Shown here: positions 21,393-31,604 of the stretch, piece after piece
How positions within the stretch are numbered: position 1 is the first letter of the stretch
Layout of the letters: the number at the start of each line of letters is the position of its first letter
Assembly: GCA_026709505.1 (NCBI GenBank)
Contig: JAPOSW010000094.1
Location: 9,657-73,656 of the forward strand
DNA from: Gammaproteobacteria bacterium
Lineage (GTDB): Bacteria > Pseudomonadota > Gammaproteobacteria > Arenicellales > Poriferihabitantaceae
Direction: 5' to 3'
DNA: 64,000 bases
Position numbers and translations under genes: made by a program
Notes under the pieces: model-generated
What the model saw: the letters and a program-made list of their open reading frames with translations, nothing else
Told to the model about the DNA's origin: nothing
Databases searched by the model: none

Positions 21393-21887
21393 ATGCCTCC
21401 CGGAAAAGGGACTCCTCTCCGTGGCGCAATCGTTGCGATGACTCACGACCGGGTGATTGGCCTTGATAACGGCATACCCTGGCATTACCCTGAGGATCTG
21501 CGGCGCTTCAAGCAGCGCACAATCAACAGCATCATAGTAATGGGCAGGATCACCTGGGAGTCAATAGGCAGACAACCGCTGGTCAATCGAAGAAATATCG
21601 TGATCAGCCGGCACCGTATAGAAAATGCCGAATGGTACCCTGATCCCGACTCAGCTCTGACCCAGTGTGAATCTGAAGATACCTGGATTATTGGAGGTGC
21701 ACAAATCTACCAGGCAACCATGGATTGGATCACGTTGCTGGACATTACGCTTGTTCCGAATCGTATCGAATCCGACCAAGCGGTTTGCTTTCCGGAAATT
21801 GACGAAAAACTCTGGCAGCTGCAGTCAGAAACCATGCTTGAACACTCGCAGCTTGAAAATCGAATTTACAGCAAGATAACGAGGTGA
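21393..21887 (+). CDS. folA: Dihydrofolate reductase
   Basis: VIG..IPW..EDLRRFK, MGRITWESI, RRNIVIS, IIGGAQIY. Confidence 0.94.
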   Translation: MPPGKGTPLRGAIVAMTHDRVIGLDNGIPWHYPEDLRRFKQRTINSIIVMGRITWESIGRQPLVNRRNIVISRHRIENAEWYPDPDSALTQCESEDTWIIGGAQIYQATMDWITLLDITLVPNRIESDQAVCFPEIDEKLWQLQSETMLEHSQLENRIYSKITR

Positions 21888-21911
21888 TGGCTGGGCGCTT
21901 CAGGATTGCCT

Positions 21912-22904
21912 TCATAGCTTTTTGGCCGTCATGATTGCGCGAATTGGAGCAGGAAAGCCTTCTATGGTCTTCTCGGGATTTCCGGCATCCAGAAAATCAG
22001 CCAGAGATTCAAAAGTCATCCATTCCGTGCTTCGCTGCTCGTCAACCGTTGTCCGCGAGATATCAATCACCTGGATATCTCCAAAGCCACTCTCTCCCAG
22101 CCACCCGCTCAATATCCTTTGGGAGGGAATCAAGTCAATATTCGGCATTTTTGCATAAGGACCTTGCGGATACAGGATAAATCCTTCATCATCGTTGATC
22201 ATGATCAACGTCTCGAGAATGAGTTCACCCCCTTTGCGTAACGCTTGCCCCAGTTCAAGAAGATGCCGGGCCGGGTCTCGACGGTGATACAGAACACCCA
22301 TTGAAAAAACACTGTCAAACTCAACGCCTCTCTCTCGCATTTTCACCGCTGGAAATTCGTCCGAACACAGAGGAAAAAACGCAATCGGCAATCCCGGTGC
22401 ATAGTTCAAAATCGCATGAAACTGGGCGAGAAACAGCTGTGAAGGGTCAATGCCCAATACAAATCGGGCATCCTCGCCCAAAGCCCTGAACATGTAGTAG
22501 CCATTTCCACAACCGACATCCAGCACTAGCCGATTCGCTAGAGGAGTTATTTTTCCCTGAAGTCGTGACCACTTGAGGTTCGAGCGCCATTCGGCATCGA
22601 CCCTAACCCCAAAAACATCAAAGGGTCCCTTGCGCCATGGGTGGAGCGCCTTGAGAACATCCCGAATGACCTGTTGCTGCTGCTTCGAGAGCTGCTCATT
22701 ACAGCCGATCGTCACTGTGTCAGAGTCTAAATTTGCAAAGCTGGCGTCAATTTCAGGCAATGAATACAGCAACCCCCTCCACGTGTTCAAGAGTCCATGC
22801 CTGCGATCTTTCCATGCTTTTTCCGTTGCTTTCTGTAAATCACCGGCAATCGACTGGAGTGGAGACTCAGCCAATCTGGCTGCCAGATCGCGAGGATTCA
22901 GCAT
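21912..22904 (-). CDS. cmoB: tRNA U34 carboxymethyltransferase
   Basis: PWRKGPF, EWRSNLKW, LDVGCGNGY, SMGVLYHRR. Confidence 0.96.
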   Translation of the reverse strand: MLNPRDLAARLAESPLQSIAGDLQKATEKAWKDRRHGLLNTWRGLLYSLPEIDASFANLDSDTVTIGCNEQLSKQQQQVIRDVLKALHPWRKGPFDVFGVRVDAEWRSNLKWSRLQGKITPLANRLVLDVGCGNGYYMFRALGEDARFVLGIDPSQLFLAQFHAILNYAPGLPIAFFPLCSDEFPAVKMRERGVEFDSVFSMGVLYHRRDPARHLLELGQALRKGGELILETLIMINDDEGFILYPQGPYAKMPNIDLIPSQRILSGWLGESGFGDIQVIDISRTTVDEQRSTEWMTFESLADFLDAGNPEKTIEGFPAPIRAIMTAKKL

Positions 22905-23647
22905 CAGGGTTTGCTATCCGCCTTGATGGCAAGAAACGAGACAAAATTCAACCCCTGAAACCATTGATGGACGGATTCAAACCCGGCATTCAAAAGCCTC
23001 TTCCGGTGACACTCGACGGTGTCTATCTGCATGACCCGCTCAAGTGCCGTGCGTTTTTGACTAATCTCGAGCTTGCTGTATCCATGCGACCGCTTGAATT
23101 CATCATGCAGGAGATTCATGACTCCATTCTGGTCCGAGTCATCCAACACCACCTTTTCCGACAAAATCAGCACCCCGCCCGCAAGCAGGCCATCATGAAT
23201 TTTCTGAATCAGTTGATTGCGCCCAGCTGGATCAACAAACTGCAATGTCAAATTCATCACCACGATGCTGGCATTGCTTACTGGAACTGACTGGACATTA
23301 TCGTTAATCAGGGTATAGCCTGTTTGGGGAATCCGGCTCTCGAGATGCTTTTGACAGCCGTTCAGCATATCCTGTGAATTATCGACACAAACATAATGGA
23401 CTCCCGTGCAATCAATCCGGGAATGCATCATGAGTGCTGACTGTCCGAGCGAACACCCGAGATCATAAACATTGCTGTTTGGCTTGGCCCATATTCCCGC
23501 AATGCAGCCTATCATGAATACCAGAACTTCATAGCCAGGTACTGAACGCCGAACCATATCCGGAAAAACCCGGGCAACCTCGGGACCAAACGCAAAGTCC
23601 TTTAACAAGGCCAGCTTCGATGCATAAATCTCATCCGACTCGTTCAT
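22904..23647 (-). CDS. cmoA: Carboxy-SAM synthase
   Basis: VFPDMVRRSVPGY, YDLGCSLG, TLQF, EISQKRTALE; start moved to MNESD. Confidence 0.96.
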   Translation of the reverse strand: MNESDEIYASKLALLKDFAFGPEVARVFPDMVRRSVPGYEVLVFMIGCIAGIWAKPNSNVYDLGCSLGQSALMMHSRIDCTGVHYVCVDNSQDMLNGCQKHLESRIPQTGYTLINDNVQSVPVSNASIVVMNLTLQFVDPAGRNQLIQKIHDGLLAGGVLILSEKVVLDDSDQNGVMNLLHDEFKRSHGYSKLEISQKRTALERVMQIDTVECHRKRLLNAGFESVHQWFQGLNFVSFLAIKADSKP

Positions 23648-23709
23648 GCTCCAGGGATTTCGCTTGAGATTCAGACAGTGCCGGTACTGCAAGCCGAACC
23701 GGCCTTCAT

Positions 23710-24114
23710 TCAAGCCTGCTCAAGTTCGATTAATGTTCCAATGCCGTCTTTCGGGTGCAAAAAAGCAACTGGCTTGCCATGGGCGCCAATTCTGGGCTTT
23801 CCATCTCCGAGCACCCTGAGACCCTGTCCGGACAAACGCTGTACGGCGGCCTCTATATCCGTGACTTCATAGCAGACATGATGCATGCCCCCGTCAGGAT
23901 TGTTTTCCAGAAAACGCTGGATCGGGGAATTTTCACCAAGTGGATGAAGCAACTCGATCTTGGTGTTGGGCAGGTTGACAAAAACCGTCGTTACTCCATG
24001 TTCCTCAAGATCAACAGGGGATGATACTTCGGCACCAAAAGCCTCTCGATACAAGTGACTGGCCGAATTGAGGTCTGGAACAACAATGGCTACATGATTA
24101 AGATTTCCGATCAT
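23710..24114 (-). CDS. mce: Methylmalonyl-CoA epimerase
   Basis: LNHVAI, KIELLHPL, GGMHHVCYEV, FLHPKD. Confidence 0.96.
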   Translation of the reverse strand: MIGNLNHVAIVVPDLNSASHLYREAFGAEVSSPVDLEEHGVTTVFVNLPNTKIELLHPLGENSPIQRFLENNPDGGMHHVCYEVTDIEAAVQRLSGQGLRVLGDGKPRIGAHGKPVAFLHPKDGIGTLIELEQA

Positions 24115-24133
24115 GGGATTGAGTTTTACAAAC

Positions 24134-25105
24134 TTACGATGATAACTCGAAAAAGCGCTTGACCAGCTTCCGTGCTAGCGTGATGTGACTGCTTGAGGGT
24201 TCAGTTTCTTCACTGGCCAAATCCGCATGCAGCAAGGACAAGCGCTGATTCCTGTCGAACTGATCGAGGATCATCTCGCGTGCCTCCATGCGGATCCAGT
24301 CATGCAACTGCCTCTCTCGGTTTTCCCAAAATGCGCCAGTTTGTTCAGTCTGCTTGCGAAACTGCAGTATTACTTTCCATAATTCGTTGATGCCTTCGCC
24401 CTGAAGAGCGGAGGTCTTGAGGACATGGGGTTTCCATCCTCGGTGCCGGGGCCGCATGTACTCGAGCGCATGGCGCACATCGACCTCCGATAAGACTGCC
24501 CGTTTTTGCAAGTCGCCATCAGCCTTGTTAACGACGACGATATCAGCAAGCTCCATCACACCCCTCTTGATTCCCTGTAGATCATCCCCTCCCCCGGGCA
24601 ACAGCATCAAAATCGAAAGGTCGGTCATTTGACTGACCATGGCCTCAGCCTGGCCAACTCCAACAGTCTCGACGAAAATCATGTCATATCCTGCTGCCTC
24701 AAGCACCAGAATGGATTCCCGGGTACGCCTCGAAACACCACCCAGAGACTTTCCAGCAGAACTGGGCCGAATATAAGCTGATTGATCCAGCGACAAGGTC
24801 TGCATTCTTGTCTTGTCACCCAGAATTGCTCCGCCTGATATCATTGAGCTTGGATCAACTGCCAATACCGCAAGCTTGCTGCCGGCCTCAATAACCTGAC
24901 GTCCAAGAGTCTCGATCATTGTTGATTTGCCAACACCCGGAATACCGGTAATCCCAATTCTCAGGGAATTGCCCCTCTGATCAGTTAGATTTTCAAGAAT
25001 CCGTTCGGTTTCCTGCCGGTCTTCAGGGCGGGTCGACTCGACAAGCGTGAGCAGTTTGGCTAGCACCTTGCGATCCCCGGAGCGTAATGCGTCGATATTC
25101 ACCAT
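24134..25105 (-). CDS. meaB: Methylmalonyl-CoA mutase-associated GTPase
   Basis: GITGIPGVGKST, AVDPSS..GDKTRM, ETVGVGQ, NKAD. Confidence 0.95.
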   Translation of the reverse strand: MVNIDALRSGDRKVLAKLLTLVESTRPEDRQETERILENLTDQRGNSLRIGITGIPGVGKSTMIETLGRQVIEAGSKLAVLAVDPSSMISGGAILGDKTRMQTLSLDQSAYIRPSSAGKSLGGVSRRTRESILVLEAAGYDMIFVETVGVGQAEAMVSQMTDLSILMLLPGGGDDLQGIKRGVMELADIVVVNKADGDLQKRAVLSEVDVRHALEYMRPRHRGWKPHVLKTSALQGEGINELWKVILQFRKQTEQTGAFWENRERQLHDWIRMEAREMILDQFDRNQRLSLLHADLASEETEPSSSHITLARKLVKRFFELSS

Positions 25106-25113
25106 ATAGGGAT

Positions 25114-27129
25114 TCAGATTCGAGTTTCGCCAACACCTTGTTCAAATTCTAGAATCGGTTGATCCACTTCAAGTTTATCGCCGGGCTCCGCAAAGATTCC
25201 TGCAACAACGCAAGATTGCTCAGCTTGCAACGAGTTCTCCATCTTCATGGCCTCGATCACCGCAAGTTCCTCGCCCGGCTTGATCTTTTGTCCGACTTCG
25301 ACCGATAGTGAAACGAGAAGTCCCGGCATCGGCGAGAGCAGATAACGGGAATGATCAGGAGGCGCCTTGACTGGCATCAGTCGATTAAGCCGGGCAGTTT
25401 CAGGACGGCAAACCATTACTCGCCCGACATAGGAGTCACAGACAATGTCATACCGGAAGTCCGATTTTTCGATCTGGAAACTGATGTCCTTATCACCCAC
25501 CCTGCCTGCGTATACGGGGTCTGCAATCGTCCAGTCATCGACCACTTTGTAAACGCCCTCTTCAAACTCGACGGTAATCCCGTTATCATCTTCATCATGC
25601 TGAATCCGGGTCAGGTACTCGATGCCTTCCATGATCACCACCCAGCTTAAATTGACATGTCGGCCATACCCCTCGATTTGTCCGGATATGGTACCCGCCC
25701 GAATATGGTGCCGGTGATGAATGGCTGAAATGGCGCTCATGACATGAGGATGCAATGTCGCGTCAATCGGCTCCATGCTGAAGTTATTTGGGTACTTCTT
25801 CTCAATGAAGGAGGTATTGAATTTCCCCGAGCGAAAATCAGGCTTGTTCAGGATTGAGGACAGAAATGCGATATTGGTGTCAACACCACGAATGTAATAT
25901 CGATTGAGGGAATCATTCATGGCCTGCATCGCCTGTTCCCGGCTTTCGCCCCACGTAATCAGCTTGGCGATCATCGGGTCGTAGAACATGGAAATTTCTG
26001 AACCCTCCTCAATGCCGGTGTCCAGTCTCACGTGCTGCGAGGTCGGCGGCGCCCGATATTTTCGGATGCGGCCCGTCGAGGGCAAAAATCCCCGACTCGG
26101 ATTCTCGGCATAAATTCGGGCTTCCATTGACCATCCATTGATACCGACATCTTTCTGCTGGATAGTGAGGTGCTCGCCATCTGCAATCCGGATCATCCAC
26201 TCTACCAGATCAACGCCGGTGATCATTTCCGTGATTGGGTGCTCAACCTGCAGGCGTGTATTCATCTCGAGAAAATAGAAATTTTTCCTCTCGTCAACCA
26301 CCATCTCAACCGTTCCCGCCGATTGATAATTGACAGCCTTGGCCAGAGCAACAGCCTGCTCCATCATTTTGCTTCGGGTCTCATCGTTCAAGAATACGGA
26401 AGGCGCTTCCTCCACGACTTTCTGGTAGCGGCGCTGAATGGAGCATTCCCTTTCATTCAGTGCTATGGCATGTCCATGCCCGTCGGCCAGCACCTGGATT
26501 TCGATATGCCGGGGATTGCTGATGAACTTCTCAATGAAAATCCGCCCGTCTCCGAAACTTGACTGGGCTTCGCTGGTTGCCCGTTCAAAACCCTCGCGGC
26601 ATTCGGCTTTATCATGGGCAATGCGCATGCCCTTGCCACCGCCTCCTGCTGAGGCCTTGATGATGACTGGATATCCGATCTCATCGGCAATTTCAACTGC
26701 TCGATCAGCATCTGGAACAACCCCGTCAAATCCGGGAATGGTATTAACCCCGGCTTCTGCTGCCAGTTTCTTTGAAGTGATTTTGTCTCCCATGGCACGA
26801 ATTGCGCATGCCTTGGGACCAATGAACGCAATACCCGCTGCCTGCAGCTTCTCTGCAAACTCCGCATTTTCGGAAAGGAAGCCATAGCCGGGATGAATCG
26901 CCTCGGCACCGCTGTCCTGACAGGCTGCAATGATGCGATCACCATTCAGATAGCTTTCCGCTGCCGGCGGTTTCCCGATACAGATTGCCTCGTCAGCCTC
27001 GCGTACATGCCGGATATCCCGGTCCGCTTCCGAATACACTGCAACAGTAGCGATGCCCATGCGTTTGGCTGACGCGATGATGCGACAGGCAATCTCTCCC
27101 CTGTTTGCAATCAGAATTTTCTTGAACAA
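25114..27129 (-). CDS. pccA: Propionyl-CoA carboxylase alpha subunit
   Basis: ANRGEIA, GGGGKGM, EMNTRLQVEH, biotin site EAMKME. Confidence 0.95.
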   Translation of the reverse strand: MFKKILIANRGEIACRIIASAKRMGIATVAVYSEADRDIRHVREADEAICIGKPPAAESYLNGDRIIAACQDSGAEAIHPGYGFLSENAEFAEKLQAAGIAFIGPKACAIRAMGDKITSKKLAAEAGVNTIPGFDGVVPDADRAVEIADEIGYPVIIKASAGGGGKGMRIAHDKAECREGFERATSEAQSSFGDGRIFIEKFISNPRHIEIQVLADGHGHAIALNERECSIQRRYQKVVEEAPSVFLNDETRSKMMEQAVALAKAVNYQSAGTVEMVVDERKNFYFLEMNTRLQVEHPITEMITGVDLVEWMIRIADGEHLTIQQKDVGINGWSMEARIYAENPSRGFLPSTGRIRKYRAPPTSQHVRLDTGIEEGSEISMFYDPMIAKLITWGESREQAMQAMNDSLNRYYIRGVDTNIAFLSSILNKPDFRSGKFNTSFIEKKYPNNFSMEPIDATLHPHVMSAISAIHHRHHIRAGTISGQIEGYGRHVNLSWVVIMEGIEYLTRIQHDEDDNGITVEFEEGVYKVVDDWTIADPVYAGRVGDKDISFQIEKSDFRYDIVCDSYVGRVMVCRPETARLNRLMPVKAPPDHSRYLLSPMPGLLVSLSVEVGQKIKPGEELAVIEAMKMENSLQAEQSCVVAGIFAEPGDKLEVDQPILEFEQGVGETRI

Positions 27130-27147
27130 CTTACTTGTCTCGATCTG

Positions 27148-28680
27148 TTAAAGCGGAATATTGGCATGCTTCTTCCACGGGTTCTTGAGCGACTTGTCCT
27201 TGAGCATGGCCAGGGAGCGACAGACCCGCTTTCTGGTAGCATGAGGCAAGATGACGTCATCAATGAAACCCCGACGGCCAGCGACAAACGGATTGGCAAA
27301 TTTTTGACGGTATTCAGCCTCTCTCAAGGCGATCTTCTCGGCATCTTTGGATTCTTCCCGAAAAATAATCTCTACCGCACCCTTGGGTCCCATGACTGCG
27401 ATCTCGGCACTTGGCCATGCCAGATTGACATCGCCTCTCAGATGCTTGGATGACATGACATCATAAGCGCCGCCATAGGCCTTGCGCGTGATCACGGTTA
27501 CTTTGGGAACCGTGCATTCTGCATAGGCAAACAGCAGTTTCGCTCCATGGAGAATGATGCCGCCGTATTCCTGGCTCGTCCCGGGCATGAATCCGGGCAC
27601 ATCCACAAAGGTCACGATCGGAATATTGAACGCATCGCAGAATCGAACAAAACGGGCGCCCTTGACGGAAGCATTGATATCCAGACAGCCTGCCAGTACC
27701 AGTGGCTGATTGGCAACGATGCCAACCGTCGAACCCTCAATCCTGGCAAACCCGGTGACAATGTTTTTGGCATAGTTAGGCTGGAGCTCCAGAAAGTCTT
27801 CCTCATCCACCACCTTGTAGATCAATTCCTTGATGTCATAGGGGTGGTTGGGATTGTCCGGAACCAGAGTATCCAGGGACATCTCGATTCGTTCAGGAAT
27901 ATCCGACGTCTCTCTTATGGGTGGCGGAGACTGATTGTTCAGAGGCAGAAAGTTGAACAATCGACGGGTCATCATCAAGGTATGGATATCATTGTCGAAG
28001 GAAAGATCAGCAACCCCGGAGCGTGTGGTATGGGTGATTGCACCCCCAAGTTTCTCGGCGGATACTTCCTCGTGGGTAACCGTCTTGACCACATCCGGAC
28101 CGGTCACAAACATGTAGGAAGTATCTTCAACCATGAGGATGAAATCCGTGATCGCCGGAGAATATACGGCACCGCCTGCACACGGACCCATAATCAGCGA
28201 TAGTTGCGGTATCACGCCAGAGGCCATGACGTTTCGCTGAAAGACCTCTGCATATCCGCCAAGTGATGCCACGCCTTCCTGGATGCGGGCACCGCCCGAG
28301 TCATTGATGCCGATAATCGGTGCACCAACACTCACTGCCTTATCCATTATCTTGCAGATTTTTTCGGCATGAGATTCCGATAGAGACCCTCCAAATACGG
28401 TGAAATCCTGGCTGTATACGAAAACGATACGATTGTTGATTGTGCCGTAACCGGCAATGACGCCATCGCCCGGAATAGTTTTGCTTTCCATTCCGAAATC
28501 CGTGCATCGATGCTCGACAAAGATGTCCCATTCCTCGAAGCTGCCCTCATCAAGCAAAACGTCGATGCGCTCACGAGCTGTCAGTTTTCCTTTCTTGTGC
28601 TGTGCATCGATGCGGTCTTGACCTCCGCCAAGTTTTGCCAGATTTCGCTTGCGTTCGAGTTCGTCAATGATGTCCTGCAT
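27148..28680 (-). CDS. pccB: Propionyl-CoA carboxylase beta subunit
   Basis: [33 protein letters not shown]. Confidence 0.96.
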   Translation of the reverse strand: MQDIIDELERKRNLAKLGGGQDRIDAQHKKGKLTARERIDVLLDEGSFEEWDIFVEHRCTDFGMESKTIPGDGVIAGYGTINNRIVFVYSQDFTVFGGSLSESHAEKICKIMDKAVSVGAPIIGINDSGGARIQEGVASLGGYAEVFQRNVMASGVIPQLSLIMGPCAGGAVYSPAITDFILMVEDTSYMFVTGPDVVKTVTHEEVSAEKLGGAITHTTRSGVADLSFDNDIHTLMMTRRLFNFLPLNNQSPPPIRETSDIPERIEMSLDTLVPDNPNHPYDIKELIYKVVDEEDFLELQPNYAKNIVTGFARIEGSTVGIVANQPLVLAGCLDINASVKGARFVRFCDAFNIPIVTFVDVPGFMPGTSQEYGGIILHGAKLLFAYAECTVPKVTVITRKAYGGAYDVMSSKHLRGDVNLAWPSAEIAVMGPKGAVEIIFREESKDAEKIALREAEYRQKFANPFVAGRRGFIDDVILPHATRKRVCRSLAMLKDKSLKNPWKKHANIPL

Positions 28681-28723
28681 AGTCCTTCGCCGGGCCCGTT
28701 GCATATAGCATTATTTCACTCAT

Positions 28724-30880
28724 TCAGTCTTTGTCAGCAAGCAAGTCTAACACCCTTTCAGCCGCTTCCGGGATATTCGTTCCCGGGCCAAAGATGGCGC
28801 CAACGCCTGAAGCGTACAAGGAGTCATAATCGCTCTCCGGAATCACTCCTCCGCAAATCACCTGAATATCCTGGCTGTCCTGCAGCTTGAGCTCTTCCAT
28901 CACGGCGGGTACCAGGGTACTGTGTCCTGCAGCCTGGGAAGATATGCCGATCACATGTACGTCGTTTTCGATAGCCTGCCGGACCGCTTCATCCGGCGTC
29001 TGGAACAAGGGGCCGATATCCACATCAAAGCCAATGTCGGCAAATGCCGTCGCTATCGTTCTTGCCCCTCGGTCATGACCATCCTGCCCTAGCTTCACCA
29101 CCAACATACGGGGTTGACGTCCTTCCCGATCGGCAAATTCTGCAACCCTTGAGCGCAATGCATGGAAGGCCTCATGGTCTTCAAGAGCGCGTGCATAGAC
29201 CCCGCCCAGTGATTTTGGACTGGCATTGTAACGTCCATAAACGGATTCAAGCATGCTTGATATCTCTCCGAGGGTTGCTCTCGCATGCGCTGCTTCAATT
29301 GCTTTTTCCAGCAGGTTATCCTGTTCAGCTTCAGCGGATTTCCTCAAGCTGTCAAGAGCCCCCTGGACGGCCTCGCTATCGCGTGATGCCTTGATTTTCT
29401 GCAGACGCTCAATCTGGGATTTGCGTACCGCATGGTTGTCGATCACCCGGATGTCAACCTCCTGCTCCTGTTCGGGTTCATATTGATTAACTCCGACAAT
29501 CACTTCTTCACCCTTGTCAATCCTGGCCTGCCGCATGACCGATGCTTCCTCGATTCTGAGTTTTGGCAATCCTGCCTCAACTGCAGTCGTCATGCCGCCC
29601 ATCTCTTCTACTTCGCCAATCAACTTCTCCGCTTCATGAATCAATGAATGAGTCAGGCTCTCAATGTAATACGATCCTGCCAAAGGGTCGACCACACTGG
29701 TCATTCCGGTCTCATGCTTCAATATGAGCTGGGTATTGCGCGCGATGCGTGCCGAATGTTCGGTCGGCAATGCCAGAGCCTCGTCAAAGGAATTGGTATG
29801 CAAGGACTGAGTGCCTCCGAGAATTGCCGCCATGGCTTCGATGGTGGTGCGCACGATGTTGTTTTGCGGGTCCCTGCTGGTCAAGCTGACGCCGGATGTC
29901 TGACAATGTGTCCTCAGGATCAGGGACTTCTGGTTTTTTGGCGAAAAATGCTGCTGCATGAGCCTGGCCCACAAAGTTCGGGCCGCCCGCAGCTTGGCAA
30001 TTTCCATGAAGAAGTTCATGCCAATCGCAAAGAAGAAGGATAGCCTCGGCGCAAATTGATCAATATCCAGACCGCCATCAATGGCTGCACGCACATACTC
30101 GATACCGTCAGCGAGCGTATAGGCCAGTTCCTGGACTGCCGTTGCGCCCGCTTCCTGCATGTGGTACCCGGAAATTGAAACCGGATTGAATTTGGGCATG
30201 TCTTTCGCGGTATAGGCAATGATGTCCGAGACAATTCTCATGGATGGGCGTGGCGGATAGATATAGGTATTTCGAACCATGAACTCCTTGAGAATATCGT
30301 TCTGAAGAGTGCCCGACAGCAATTTGCGCTGTACACCCTGCTCTTCGGCTGCCACGATATACATGGCCATCACGGGCAGCGCCGCACCATTCATGGTCAT
30401 TGATACGGACATTTTATCGAGCGGGATTCCATCGAACAGGATCTTCATATCTTCAACCGAATCAATTGCGACACCGGCCTTTCCAACATCGCCGGTTACC
30501 CTGGAATGATCGGAGTCGTAGCCACGGTGGGTTGCCAGATCAAACGCTACCGACAATCCGGTCTGCCCGGCAGCAAGATTGCTGCGGAAAAAGGCATTGG
30601 ACTCTTCGGCTGTGGAAAATCCGGCGTATTGACGGATTGTCCAGGGTCTTCCGGTATACATGGTTGCCTTGGGACCACGGGTAAAGGGCGGAAATCCCGG
30701 CATGCTGTGCAGGTGATCGATCTGCTCCAGGTCCTCGGCAGAATAGACGGGCTTGACCAAGATTCCTTCGGGCGTCAGCCATTCAATCTGTTTTGTATCC
30801 TTGGCCTTGATTTCGGTGGCGGCAAGGTCTTCCCACTCTTTTACTGCTTTCGCTGGATTTTTGTTCTTGTCTTTGCTCAT
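28724..30880 (-). CDS. scpA: Methylmalonyl-CoA mutase (B12-dependent)
   Basis: [37 protein letters not shown]12 motif. Confidence 0.97.
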   Translation of the reverse strand: MSKDKNKNPAKAVKEWEDLAATEIKAKDTKQIEWLTPEGILVKPVYSAEDLEQIDHLHSMPGFPPFTRGPKATMYTGRPWTIRQYAGFSTAEESNAFFRSNLAAGQTGLSVAFDLATHRGYDSDHSRVTGDVGKAGVAIDSVEDMKILFDGIPLDKMSVSMTMNGAALPVMAMYIVAAEEQGVQRKLLSGTLQNDILKEFMVRNTYIYPPRPSMRIVSDIIAYTAKDMPKFNPVSISGYHMQEAGATAVQELAYTLADGIEYVRAAIDGGLDIDQFAPRLSFFFAIGMNFFMEIAKLRAARTLWARLMQQHFSPKNQKSLILRTHCQTSGVSLTSRDPQNNIVRTTIEAMAAILGGTQSLHTNSFDEALALPTEHSARIARNTQLILKHETGMTSVVDPLAGSYYIESLTHSLIHEAEKLIGEVEEMGGMTTAVEAGLPKLRIEEASVMRQARIDKGEEVIVGVNQYEPEQEQEVDIRVIDNHAVRKSQIERLQKIKASRDSEAVQGALDSLRKSAEAEQDNLLEKAIEAAHARATLGEISSMLESVYGRYNASPKSLGGVYARALEDHEAFHALRSRVAEFADREGRQPRMLVVKLGQDGHDRGARTIATAFADIGFDVDIGPLFQTPDEAVRQAIENDVHVIGISSQAAGHSTLVPAVMEELKLQDSQDIQVICGGVIPESDYDSLYASGVGAIFGPGTNIPEAAERVLDLLADKD

Positions 30881-31155
30881 GACTCATTACTCATGCCTCG
30901 GCACCCGTGCCACGAAAATCCCGGACAAATTTCGGCAGGCAGTAAAGTGGATTTCATCAAAAGGCGCCATATGCGGTTTTTCATAAAATAAATGCGGCTG
31001 CTTGCAGCTTATCCATGCCATGAACTACCACGCAACGACTTTTTCAAGCCAGACTGAATAACCGGTCGACACAGGGCAGCATACTGCATGAACCCATCCA
31101 TTCACAACATGTGCAACGCATTTCCAGAAAGCATGTTCAGCATCTCGACAACAGG

Positions 31156-31436
31156 TCAGAGTTCCTCGGCACGAATGCCAAGCAGGCTGCGTTCCTCTCC
31201 GCCAAATACCATGCCAATCAGGTGGATCGGTTCCTCAAGGTCCCGTACTTCTCTGCATAGCCTTTTTCCCGTGTCTGGGCAATGGCACTATCGAGATCTT
31301 CCCCAACACCGGACTCGTCATCCGCCATCTTGAATTCAAGGACGAAAACCTGCCCCCCATGCAGCAGCACCATGTCCGATCGGCCATGGCTCGTGGCTTC
31401 TTCCGCCCGAAGGTCAATCCGGGTTGCAGTACTCAT
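31156..31436 (-). pseudogene. C-terminal PD-(D/E)XK nuclease fragment of an AAA-ATPase/PDDEXK_9-type gene
   Basis: GRSDMVL..VFVLEFK..KGYAEKY, then a frameshift to EEPIHLIGMVFGGEERSL..*; paralogous to 38021-38284. Confidence 0.85.
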
Positions 31437-31604
31437 TATCTGCCTATATTAGCATAGTGGCATGGTGGTTGCGGATTAAGGCTAGGCGTGATTGGTCAGA
31501 AACAGTTTCCCGATTGAACCATCCTGCTGAATGAAGCCGGCAATCAGGAAAAATCAACATCTCTACCGAACAGTTGTTCCCACGCTTGAGTTCCGGGTCT
31601 TTCT

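Noticed and set aside
30881-31155. Cobalamin riboswitch upstream of the mutase
   Set aside because: No B12-box or other conserved riboswitch motif visible on the minus strand.
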